From Gemmatimonadota bacterium (GTDB taxonomy: Bacteria; Gemmatimonadota; Gemmatimonadetes; Gemmatimonadales; Gemmatimonadaceae), in assembly GCA_040389905.1 (NCBI GenBank), contig JAZJZK010000014.1, positions 224,001-288,000 of the forward strand: a DNA stretch of 64,000 bases. Reading direction: 5' to 3'. Positions 33,201 through 41,435 of this stretch are shown in pieces (the stretch's first letter is position 1; each line of letters opens with the position of its first letter). A program made the position numbers and the translations under genes. Under the pieces are notes generated by a model that worked only from the letters and a program-made list of their open reading frames with translations, did not search any database and was not told the DNA's origin.

Positions 33201-33664
33201 GTGAGCACAGGCGCCTGCCGCGCCATGCGGTACGCCTGCGCAGGATCCTTCTCGTCGTGGAGATTCTGCTCGGCGAACGAAATGCCGAGCGTCCATCTGC
33301 GCGTGACCCCCACCGTATGCAAGCTCGGGTCCGCGAAATTGATCGGAAACACGTTGTTCGATGCCGCGAGCGGCGTGTCGGTCGGTGCAGCCGTTTTCGG
33401 GCTGACATGGAGCGTGGCGACGTCCGCCAGCATGATGGCGTGGCCGGACGCATCGATGGCGATGCCTGGCAGCAGACTGACCACGGCCGGTACCGAACTG
33501 GCGACCACGGTAAGGCCGGAGATCACGCCTGGCGTGCAGGTCAAGCGCGTCAGCAGTTCGCGGAGCGCAGCGTGATACTGCTGCTCACGGACGAAATCGC
33601 CGACGCCGAGCAGCTGTTGATCGAAATACAGCGGCCGTAGCGGCGCCGTCACGTTGTCGGACAC
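30236..33664 (-). CDS. Tail-fibre-like protein: contractile-system-type N-terminal domain, 17-aa repeats, coiled coil, FN3-like domains, C-terminal globular domain
   Basis: YFDQQLL..DF..EQQYH...PGVISGLTV...PGIAIDASG; PDLPASKVTGVLGVAQV repeats; LMARVVALED; W..VPGAQRYEV and W.PVPRAEGY..YQLVVRA. Confidence 0.7.
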   Translation of the reverse strand: MSDNVTAPLRPLYFDQQLLGVGDFVREQQYHAALRELLTRLTCTPGVISGLTVVASSVPAVVSLLPGIAIDASGHAIMLADVATLHVSPKTAAPTDTPLAASNNVFPINFADPSLHTVGVTRRWTLGISFAEQNLHDEKDPAQAYRMARQAPVLTLSDSGRGDPAIISLAAFSVIAASEPAVGQAPAKITVTVVIDSTVTRMATFAPALMPSLDASLLRSGVLARERLPSIDAATLTGELPASRISGVLGLAQLPDVPVSKVTGVLSVDQLPEIPTSKVIGLLDATQLPHIPASLLVGAIDAGLIPDLPVSKVTGVLGVDQLPEIPTSKVIGLIDATQLPHIPTSLLVGTIDAGLVPDLPASKVTGVLGVAQVPDLPASKVTGVLGVAQVPDLPASKVTGVLGVAQVPDLPAAKVSGVLDVKQLPSIPASKITGAFDPSQLPAITEIAASKITGVLDAKQLPDTPAARITGTLAIDRVPNIPVAKLAGVLTDAQVPNTPATRITGTLTPQQLPPINAASLVGTLSVDRLPPIPPDRISPPLGEAQIPLLKELMARVVALEDLVHGTILPTPVPEKLTVDKTAIIAEWIAVPGAQRYEVELQSSPHPFAAPPTVRIVVPSAGEGGNPRAYFTGVQGRFDDVLHFRVRAVADERRSAWSPDVKDAKLSLASYSPAPLRFEEDVYGLYLYWKHDDRVSHEYRLLDSAGAAAPAEILDTRGRRVWFKNRLPVGSTYVAGIRVVIAGVLTFDWIVLPPVTVTKTIPPEPRVTSVIYDAPSVVVECEVAPTAANYLFVLGDDKGNVVPPSAASSVRVYPADVRPGDVPRARFKNTFTEGQAVVGCLLVNFRWEGSSAANAAPVGEDDLLSAEEIVRNQTSPGMLRGPDRVERLVIMLLPAPTSVKVVDLGSALTVTWQPVPRAEGYVISLRSGDGTPLPVQPTPTFTSATSAKLPTDRLSPSATYQLVVRARSGKNLGEMSAPVSIVRVGSTTLQKVDWKTEGDSLLTYDPRSRLYWLNWTVGLQLTRDQMQAQLAPGGMFAGFQYADPARLLDLMMSAGVPNPGARVPANIPSVKALISLLGANDYFGFLGGGNSTAAHIGAPGQFTLFTIETKDNPVTAKAGEYGSAATNFAGLGHALVIGERPPI
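32030..33040 (-). repeat. Intragenic 51-bp (17-aa) tandem repeat tract, boundaries approximate
   Basis: Close to 20 degenerate units, including a 153-bp triplet duplication and near-identical PDLPASKVTGVLGVAQV copies. Confidence 0.85.
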
Positions 33665-33704
33665 TGACGACCTCGTTGTCTAAAGCAAACTGAGAGACGT
33701 TCGT

Positions 33705-35936
33705 TCATGTGCTGATCCGCGAATTCACGCCGATCCGGCTCTTTCCCACCGTCATGCGGTGCGGCGTACCCGTATGTGCGTACACCCAGTCGCCGGTCAA
33801 TCCGTTCCTGTTGTAGTCGAGGAACTCGTCTCGCTTCCCCTTGAGATAGTTCGCGAACTGCTGTGCCGTCCCGTTGTCGATGTTCCCGATCTGATTGATC
33901 GCGCTGTTCATCGTCGCCACAGTCTGGTCACCGATGAAGGTGAATCCCTTGAGCACCGGCCGCACGGCGGCATTGAATTGATAGTCGCCACTGTGCGGAA
34001 TGTCCGACCACGACATTGCGAGCGGAAAGCGCTGATTCGGCGCGTCGGCGATGATCGTACCGTCCGCTGCCCCCGGATGTCCGGTGAGCAAACGAAGGTG
34101 GCATTGCAGAATACTCTCAGGCGCCAGCCCCTTGTCACCGGCGATGTTCCAATCCACGGACGCAACGAAACGGCCGGAGTCATCGAGCCCGGTGTCGAGG
34201 GACCGGATGCCGATCTCGCCCTTGATCTTGGCGACGAGTTTGTCGACGCCGGAGACGGCCCCCTCGACCTTCGCCTGCAGATCCCTGATCTGCCGCTCGG
34301 CTGCCTCTCGTTCCTCTCTCTTGCTGTCGCCACCGGTGAAGAAGTCCTTGATGGCGTCCCAGAGCTCCTCGAAGGCCGACAGCACTCCCTTCACGCCGAG
34401 TAGCGCGACACCCATCAGCGCCCCCGCCAACTCCGCCGCCGCGGCAATGGAATCCGCGATGAGCGTTTCGGCGACCTTCGCGAGCCGCTTCGCCATGTCC
34501 TCGAGGCCTTTCTCCAACATCGTGCAGAGAAAGGACGCGGCTGCTGACGCCCCCGCGCGCCTGGACACCTCGATCGCGATGATCTCGTATGTCGTTCGGT
34601 TCCCAAGAATGTCCTCGGCGATGCCGGGGAGGCTGCCGATGATCGAACTCCAAATCTTCTCCGGGAGTTCGCTGAGGCTCTTCGGCAGGGCGATCTTCGC
34701 GTCGAATGGAACCGCTTCACGTACGATGACTCGGCCAGCCATCTCCATCTCGTACTTGATCTGAAGCGGAACGACCATCACGCCGTCGGCGCGACGCGTT
34801 GGCTTGCTATCAGGGTTGAGTGCTGGCTTGAAGGTCGTCACGCTCAGGCCATCGAGCCACCCACGAACGATCTCTCGGCACTTGCTTCCACGCAGATTGT
34901 TGAGGGCGCGGAGATAGTGGCTGATGAGGTCCAGCCCATTGGTTGGAAGACCGCCAATGGCGATGATCACGAGCCCGTTGCTCTTCCCGGACCCACTCGT
35001 TCCGGAGTCCGCCGTCCAGCCGAAATCGATGCTGAGTGTGACGTTGCGCGCGGAGCTGCCGCTGCCGTTGGGAATACTGATCGAACCGAGGTTCGCATCC
35101 ACATGCCCCACGAAGCGTTCCTGGCCGGTGTTGTAGTCCGCGATGACGTTGAAGGTCGGTTCCGACTCGAAGAAGCGAACCGCGCTCTTCACCCGAAGGT
35201 GCGTATCGCTCTTCTTGCTCGAAATTTCGAGCGATGTCTTCGTCAGCTCGATGAAGTCGAACGCGTTGATCGTCGTGGGACTTCGCGTGACCAGGGCGAA
35301 CTCGTCGCCGTTCGTGAGGAGACTGATGTCGAATTCATATTTCTGAAACAGGATGATCTTCGACTCGACGCCATAGCCCGGCACATACGTGACACGGTCG
35401 TACGTGAAGACGTAGTCCGCTTTTGCGTCCTTTGGCGCGCGCAGGGCGTAGATGGCTCCCCGCACGAAGGCGAATTGATCGGTGACGGTTGCAGCCCACG
35501 CAGCGCCGGCGCCGAACACGGACGAGAGAAACTGCGTCAGCGTCAGCGGCGGCGACGCCGCCAGCGCGACCATCGCGAGCCGAGGCGTGCTGTCGTCGAT
35601 GACGATGGCGCCCTGCATGGCAAAGTGCGCGAGGCTCGACGATGTAAACCGTGCCTTCGCACGAATGGCCAGATCGATGGAGCGCTGGCCATTCTTCATG
35701 TAGACGCGCCCGTCGAGCCCCAAATCCTCGACGACGACGCCCGTCAGTCCGAGTGGCTCGTGGATCTCCCGCGTGACCTGATCCGCCGGAAAGAGGTGCG
35801 CGTCGTACGGCGGCGCATCCATGGAAAAACGGAACTCGCCGTTGATGACCTGCGTCAGACCATAGAGCTGGACGCGCTTTGCTCCCACGTCCAGCTCGAA
35901 GGTGTACAGCAGGAATAATGACGACGTCGTCGTCAT
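33705..35936 (-). CDS. Hypothetical 743-aa protein (beta-rich N-half, helical hydrophobic segment, coiled coil)
   Basis: Long ORF with GC-rich third positions, co-oriented and closely spaced with its neighbours; no signal peptide. Confidence 0.8.
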   Translation of the reverse strand: MTTTSSLFLLYTFELDVGAKRVQLYGLTQVINGEFRFSMDAPPYDAHLFPADQVTREIHEPLGLTGVVVEDLGLDGRVYMKNGQRSIDLAIRAKARFTSSSLAHFAMQGAIVIDDSTPRLAMVALAASPPLTLTQFLSSVFGAGAAWAATVTDQFAFVRGAIYALRAPKDAKADYVFTYDRVTYVPGYGVESKIILFQKYEFDISLLTNGDEFALVTRSPTTINAFDFIELTKTSLEISSKKSDTHLRVKSAVRFFESEPTFNVIADYNTGQERFVGHVDANLGSISIPNGSGSSARNVTLSIDFGWTADSGTSGSGKSNGLVIIAIGGLPTNGLDLISHYLRALNNLRGSKCREIVRGWLDGLSVTTFKPALNPDSKPTRRADGVMVVPLQIKYEMEMAGRVIVREAVPFDAKIALPKSLSELPEKIWSSIIGSLPGIAEDILGNRTTYEIIAIEVSRRAGASAAASFLCTMLEKGLEDMAKRLAKVAETLIADSIAAAAELAGALMGVALLGVKGVLSAFEELWDAIKDFFTGGDSKREEREAAERQIRDLQAKVEGAVSGVDKLVAKIKGEIGIRSLDTGLDDSGRFVASVDWNIAGDKGLAPESILQCHLRLLTGHPGAADGTIIADAPNQRFPLAMSWSDIPHSGDYQFNAAVRPVLKGFTFIGDQTVATMNSAINQIGNIDNGTAQQFANYLKGKRDEFLDYNRNGLTGDWVYAHTGTPHRMTVGKSRIGVNSRIST

Positions 35937-35972
35937 GTCCGAGGCACGCGCAGGAGCGCGATCCGCGGCAGC

Positions 35973-36419
35973 TTAGTTCGCGTCGTCCTTGGCCACGTGG
36001 ATAAAGAGGCCTTTGAACTTCAGGCTGCCGACGAGAGCGACCTCCTCACCCGCCTTCCACGCGCACAGCAGTCCGAGATCGAACGAGACGGCCTTCCGCT
36101 TCGCGATGGGCTTGTCGTCCGCACCGACGCTCGGCGGCACGGTCACCTGGAAGTCGCTGACCGTGAGGCCGAGGTTCGTAAGCTTGGCGTAGACGCTGTC
36201 GAGCGGAGCGGGAAAGGTCGTTGGATCCGGAAGCCCGCCGACGCCGAATTGGGCAGTCAGGAACGTGGCGAGATCGGCGGCCGTCCCGCAGTAGACGGGC
36301 TCGTCGAGCTTGTAATGCGCACCGGTCTTTTTCAGGTCGCCTGCGGCGTCCTTCGGAGTGAGCATGACATCTTTTTCGTTGATCTGGATGATGATGCCTG
36401 CTTTCAGGGTGGTAGCCAT
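35973..36419 (-). CDS. Hypothetical 148-aa protein
   Basis: ATG preceded by GAGGA; first gene of the three-gene unit. Confidence 0.8.
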   Translation of the reverse strand: MATTLKAGIIIQINEKDVMLTPKDAAGDLKKTGAHYKLDEPVYCGTAADLATFLTAQFGVGGLPDPTTFPAPLDSVYAKLTNLGLTVSDFQVTVPPSVGADDKPIAKRKAVSFDLGLLCAWKAGEEVALVGSLKFKGLFIHVAKDDAN

Positions 36420-36642
36420 TCGGACGTCCTCGAAAAGGTGATGGCGAGCTGGAGAATTTCGCTGCCATCCTATCCCGGACGTCCGCAAATGGCCAGCGAT
36501 GCGTGACATTGCGCCTAGAATTTCTTAAGCGACTCGGTCCTGTGCGACCTGGCCCTCGTGCAGCGAGGTCATGCCAAGCGTTGTGGGGAGCCCCGGCTGC
36601 GTGTCCTCCTTGAGGATGATGTTTAGCACCCCACCAAACCAT

Positions 36643-36696
36643 CTCCTCTTGACAACTACAGGAGTCAGTTGCACCTTCTCTCGACAGCTACAGAAG
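36643..36696 (+). promoter_or_regulatory. Two 22-bp operator-like boxes overlapping a TTGACA -35 element
   Basis: CTCCTCTTGACAACTACAGGAG (36643-36664) and CTTCTCTCGACAGCTACAGAAG (36675-36696) upstream of padR. Confidence 0.65.
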
Positions 36697-36718
36697 ACAC
36701 CACACACCGATGTGACGC

Positions 36719-37057
36719 GTGCCGCCACGCCTCCAGACTGACGCCCTCCGGGGTTCGATCGATCTTCTGGTCCTCAAGACGCTGTCCCTCGAGACCATGC
36801 ACGGTTGGGGGATCAGCCGCCGCATTCAGCAAATCTCCGACGGCGCCCTCGACGTGAATCAGGGGTCTCTGTACCCCGCCCTCCAACGTCTGGAAAAGGA
36901 CGGGTTGATCGCGAGCGATTGGGGGACGACCGATAACAATCGCCGCGCGCGCTACTATCGCCTCACCGCGAGCGGCCGGCGTGCACTCGGCAAGGAGCTC
37001 GAAAGTTGGCGCCGTTTCGCCGCAGGGCTGGAGGCGGTATTGAGAAGCGCAACATGA
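36719..37057 (+). CDS. PadR family transcriptional regulator (acidobacterial type)
   Basis: GSIDLLVLKTL..MHGWGI..VNQGSLYPALQRLE..W..NNRRARYYRLT. Confidence 0.92.
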   Translation: MPPRLQTDALRGSIDLLVLKTLSLETMHGWGISRRIQQISDGALDVNQGSLYPALQRLEKDGLIASDWGTTDNNRRARYYRLTASGRRALGKELESWRRFAAGLEAVLRSAT

Positions 37058-39708
37058 GCTGGATCGACGGCGCACTCGCGCGACTTCGACTCCTCGTTGC
37101 TCGGAACGCCGCGGAGGAGCGGATGGACAGCGAGTTCCATTTCCACATCGAGATGGAGACCGAACGCCTCGCGAGCGAGATGCAGGTGGAGCCCCGCGAG
37201 GCGAGACGACTCGCACTCGCGGCCTTCGGTGGCGTCGAGAATCACAAGGAAGCGCTGCGGCAGGGACGCGGCGCGGCGTGGCTCAGCGGCCTGTCGCTCG
37301 ACCTCAAGCTCGGCGCACGAATGCTCGTCAAGTATCCCGGCCTCACGGTCGTCGGGACGTTTGCGCTCGCCGTGGCCATCGCGATCGGCGCGATCTACTT
37401 CGAGTTCGTGCGCGACCTCTACGATCCCGAGCTTCCTGTGGACCACGCAGCAGAGGTCGTGGGGATCAGGAACTGGAGCATCATCACCGGCCAGGCCGAC
37501 GACCACGCGGCAAGCGACATCGTCCGTTGGAGGCACGAGCTCACGACGATACAGGACGTCAGCACACTCGCCCGGCTTGAAAGAAACCTGATCACCGATG
37601 ACGGACGCTCGGAGCCCGTTGCCGGATCGGAAATGAGCGCGTCCGGGTTTCGCGTGATGCGCGTTCCGCCCTTGTTCGGACGTCCGCTCCTCGACTCCGA
37701 TGAGGCGAGCGGCGCGCTTCCCGTTGTCGTGCTCACGTATGGCGTGTGGCAGACGCGGTTCGCCAGCGACTCCAACATCATTGGACGCACCGTGAGGCTC
37801 GGTGCTTCGGTGCTTACCGTCGTCGGCGTCATGCCCGCGCACTTTCCCGGCCGGGGCGTCATCTCTCCGCTTCGCCTCGACGAGTTCGACACGCGCCCCG
37901 ACAGCGACCGCTCGATTCTCGCCTTCGGCCGCCTGGCGCATGGCGCATCGATCGAGCAGGCGCAAACAGAACTCACCACGCTTGCCTCCAGACACGCCCA
38001 CGAGGCGCAACACCAGCAGCGGAACGTCCGCACGATCGTCAAACCGTTTCTTGAATCGGTTCGCGGCAAGTCGCTTGGTGAGGATGCCCTGGAACGGAAC
38101 ATCGTGTATGCGACGAATCTCTTCTTCATTGGCCTGCTTGCGGTCTGCTGCGTCAACGTCGCGACGCTCGTGTTCGCGCGGACGGTAACGCGTGAAGGCG
38201 AAATGGCCGTCCGCACCGCTCTCGGCGCCAGCCGCAAGCGCATCGTGATGCAGTTGTTCGCCGAGGCGGCGGTGTTCACCACGGTGGCATCGACAATCGG
38301 CCTGGTGGTGGCGATAGCCGGCATGCGATGGGTGCGCGCGGTGATCGGCACGGCGACCGAACAATCGTTGCCCACCTGGAGCAGTGACCTTTCAACCTCC
38401 ACGATGATCTACGTCGCTGTCCTCGCGGTGCTGTCGGCGCTCCTCGTCGGAGTTCTGCCGGCGCTCAAGGCCACCGGCAGTGGTTTCGAAGCTCGACTCA
38501 AGCGTGCCGCGCCTAGCGGATCCGCAATGCAATTCGGGGGCATGTGGACGGGCGTGATCGTCTCACAAGTTGGGCTCACCGTGATCTTTCTTCTGATCGT
38601 CGTATCGATTGGATGGAATGTGCACATCGGCCGATTCGGCGGCGACGCGCTTGCGCTTCCCGCGAAGGAGTACCTCACGCTGCGCGTGGAAACAGACGGC
38701 CCCTCGCGAAGTCGGGTGGCCCTCGCGGAGCGCATCTCGTCAGACCCCAGCGTTTCCGGCGTCACGCTCGCGAGTCGCCTGCCGGGCATGGATCATCCGT
38801 CCGTCTGGGTCCAGCCAGATGCGGATGGCGGGTCTGGCAGGGCGCAGTATGCGCGAGGCGCGTTCGTGGACGACCAGTTCTTCGGTGTTTTCAACGCGAC
38901 GCTCCTCGCCGGCCGCGAGTTTAGTCCATCCGACGCCGAGCCGAAGCGACGTGTCGCGATCGTCAACGAGTCGTTCGTCAAACGCGTGTTCGGTGCGCCG
39001 GATGCCGTAGGTCGCCGAGTCCGGATCGGGGCATCAGCGCCAGATGGGACCCCAGCCCCCGCGTATGAGATCATCGGCGTGGTCAGAGACCTCACGACTG
39101 CACGCGACACATCCGCGACGCGTGCGACGCTCTATCGTCCGGCATCGCGGTCCGACGCGCGCCTGAGCCAGTTGGCTGCGCACGCGACCAATCCGAAGGC
39201 GTTGGCAACCCGCGTCCGCGGCATCGCGAGCGCCGCCGATCCGTCGCTACGGCTCTATGACATCGTACCGATGAATGAGCTCGGCAAGGCAGAGGAAGCG
39301 CTGATCCTCAACCTGATCGTCCGCGTGCTTGCCATTGTCGGGGCGATCGCGCTCGTGCTCTCGACGGCCGGCGTCTATTCGCTGTTGTCGTTCACCGTCG
39401 CCCGACGCACGCGAGAAATTGGAATTCGCGTCGCGCTCGGCGCCGAGAAGCGCCGTATCATCTCGGCCACCTTCTCGCGCGGCATTCGGCAGATCGGGCT
39501 CGGTATCCTCGCCGGAAGTGTACCCGGAACGGCACTCGTGGTCTGGGGCGCGCCGGAAGTTGCTGAGGGCGCTGGTGCGTCGGGCGGGCTTGTGGCCGTT
39601 GCGGTGGTTGGCGCGTTCATGATGCTCGTCGGCGCAATGGCGTGCGTCGTTCCGGCGATGCGCGCGCTCCGCATCGAACCCACCATCGCACTCAAGACGG
39701 ACGGGTAG
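37054..39708 (+). CDS. ADOP-family duplicated ABC permease (MacB/FtsX-like)
   Basis: EERMDSEFHFHIEM..FGG N-terminus, two FtsX domains (EMAVRTALGA, EIGIRVALGA); ATGA overlap with padR. Confidence 0.9.
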   Translation: MSWIDGALARLRLLVARNAAEERMDSEFHFHIEMETERLASEMQVEPREARRLALAAFGGVENHKEALRQGRGAAWLSGLSLDLKLGARMLVKYPGLTVVGTFALAVAIAIGAIYFEFVRDLYDPELPVDHAAEVVGIRNWSIITGQADDHAASDIVRWRHELTTIQDVSTLARLERNLITDDGRSEPVAGSEMSASGFRVMRVPPLFGRPLLDSDEASGALPVVVLTYGVWQTRFASDSNIIGRTVRLGASVLTVVGVMPAHFPGRGVISPLRLDEFDTRPDSDRSILAFGRLAHGASIEQAQTELTTLASRHAHEAQHQQRNVRTIVKPFLESVRGKSLGEDALERNIVYATNLFFIGLLAVCCVNVATLVFARTVTREGEMAVRTALGASRKRIVMQLFAEAAVFTTVASTIGLVVAIAGMRWVRAVIGTATEQSLPTWSSDLSTSTMIYVAVLAVLSALLVGVLPALKATGSGFEARLKRAAPSGSAMQFGGMWTGVIVSQVGLTVIFLLIVVSIGWNVHIGRFGGDALALPAKEYLTLRVETDGPSRSRVALAERISSDPSVSGVTLASRLPGMDHPSVWVQPDADGGSGRAQYARGAFVDDQFFGVFNATLLAGREFSPSDAEPKRRVAIVNESFVKRVFGAPDAVGRRVRIGASAPDGTPAPAYEIIGVVRDLTTARDTSATRATLYRPASRSDARLSQLAAHATNPKALATRVRGIASAADPSLRLYDIVPMNELGKAEEALILNLIVRVLAIVGAIALVLSTAGVYSLLSFTVARRTREIGIRVALGAEKRRIISATFSRGIRQIGLGILAGSVPGTALVVWGAPEVAEGAGASGGLVAVAVVGAFMMLVGAMACVVPAMRALRIEPTIALKTDG

Positions 39709-39714
39709 GAGGGG

Positions 39715-41331
39715 CTACCACTCCGTTGGTTTGTAGTCCTTGAGGAACTGCCCCCAAATGTGATTGCCGGTGTTGATCCCGTCGATGATCGGATCGACGA
39801 TGCGCGCCGCGCCGTCCACGATATCGAGCGGCGGATGGAAGCGGTGGTCCGACACCTTCCGCGCCGCGATCTCCGCCGGATCCTCGTCCGTTACCCAGCC
39901 CGTGTCCACGCTGTTCATGTGGATGCCATCGTTGAAGTAGTCGGCGGCCGCGGTGCGCGTCATCATGTTGAGCGACGCCTTTGCCATGTTCGTGTGCGGA
40001 TGGCGCGTCGTCTTGAAGTTGCGGTAGAACTGTCCTTCCACAGCGGAGACGTTGACGATGTGCTTGTCGCGCGTTGGCACACGCTGCATGAGCGGCTTGA
40101 GCCGCGCATTGATGAGAAATGGTGCCACCGCGTTCACCAGGTGCACTTCGAGCAATTCAACCGCTGGCACCTCGTGCATCAGCAAGCGCCACGAGTTCCG
40201 TTCCCGTAAGTCGATTTGCTGAAGGTCCTGATCGAGCCGCCCCTCGGGAAAGAGATGCGCCCGCGCCGTCATCTCCTCGGCGAGCAATGGCACCTGCGAC
40301 AGTGCCGCGGCATGCGTCAGACCGGCGATCTCCCCGATGTCGCGCGGTGTCGCGCCCTTTGCCAGTGCGGTAACCGCTTCCTCTGGAGCCGCGCTTCCGG
40401 GCAACATGTCGTAGCCACGCACTCCCTCATACTTGCCAACGAGCCGTCGCACGTGCTCTGGCATGCTGCCGAGCGCCGCCGTTTCCAGCTCCATCATATG
40501 CTTGTAAAAGTCCGGTGGCCGACGCACCGTCTGGCAGGCGTTGTTGACGATGAAGTCGAGACGATCGTGCGTGGCGAGCAACTGCTGGCAGAATGCTTCG
40601 ACGCTCGGCGTATGCCGCAGGTCGAGTCCGAATACCTCGAGACGATGTCCCCACTCCGCGAAGTCAGGCTCTGCCGCGTAGCGCGCCGCCGAATCACGCG
40701 GAAAACGCGTGGTGACGACGAGGTGCGCACCGGCGCGGAGCAGCTTGATGCCCGCTTGATAGCCGATCTTGACGCGTCCGCCGGTGAGCAGCGCGACACG
40801 ACCGCGAAGATCTGCCAGTTCACCGCGCTTCGCGTAGTTGAACGCGGCGCACGTGGGACACAGCTGATCGTAGAAGTGATGGAGCACCGTGTACTGCCGC
40901 TTGCAGGTGTAGCAGTGCTTCTGCTCGGTCTCCTCGCCCGCTTCTGAGGCGTCGGTGGCGTTGCCGGCGGTGGCGCCGTCCGGCAGGTAATAGTTGGGCG
41001 TTGTAAAGACGGTCTGCTTCCGAAGCTGGCGGATGCCCGTTGTCGCCAACTGCGCCTCGATCTCGCCGACACGTTCGCGGCGCTGCGCCTTCTTCAGTCG
41101 TTTGGTGGCCTTGACCAGTTGGCGACGCGTGATGGCATCGGGACGCGATACCTCCCCAGCGGCACGGAGCAGGCGATTCCGTTCGGACTCGGCCACGTCC
41201 AGCAGTTGGTCGCGATCTGCGGCAAACGCCTCGAGCAACGCGATCGCGTCGCGGACTCGACTGTCGAGGTCGGGTGGGGTGTTGATCTCGAGCGGAGTGG
41301 CGCGCGACGCGCCTTCGGAACGGTGTGGCAT
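39715..41331 (-). CDS. SDR family oxidoreductase with N-terminal Cys-cluster extension
   Basis: CYTCK..HHFYDQLCPTC, TGGRVKIG, VNNA, HTNMAKA, VDTGW. Confidence 0.88.
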   Translation of the reverse strand: MPHRSEGASRATPLEINTPPDLDSRVRDAIALLEAFAADRDQLLDVAESERNRLLRAAGEVSRPDAITRRQLVKATKRLKKAQRRERVGEIEAQLATTGIRQLRKQTVFTTPNYYLPDGATAGNATDASEAGEETEQKHCYTCKRQYTVLHHFYDQLCPTCAAFNYAKRGELADLRGRVALLTGGRVKIGYQAGIKLLRAGAHLVVTTRFPRDSAARYAAEPDFAEWGHRLEVFGLDLRHTPSVEAFCQQLLATHDRLDFIVNNACQTVRRPPDFYKHMMELETAALGSMPEHVRRLVGKYEGVRGYDMLPGSAAPEEAVTALAKGATPRDIGEIAGLTHAAALSQVPLLAEEMTARAHLFPEGRLDQDLQQIDLRERNSWRLLMHEVPAVELLEVHLVNAVAPFLINARLKPLMQRVPTRDKHIVNVSAVEGQFYRNFKTTRHPHTNMAKASLNMMTRTAAADYFNDGIHMNSVDTGWVTDEDPAEIAARKVSDHRFHPPLDIVDGAARIVDPIIDGINTGNHIWGQFLKDYKPTEW

Positions 41332-41435
41332 AGCCAGGAAAGATAACGCTCACTCGCCCGGCACGATGGCATCAGCGATCACTCGCAGGCGCGATCGCTT
41401 GCAGACGCGGCCCCTCCCTTGCCCTCACACGGGGC

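Noticed and set aside
32193..33575. 460-aa plus-strand repetitive ORF
   Set aside because: Antisense shadow of the fibre-like gene
30236..36419. Prophage
   Set aside because: No capsid, terminase, portal, integrase or lysis genes in the window
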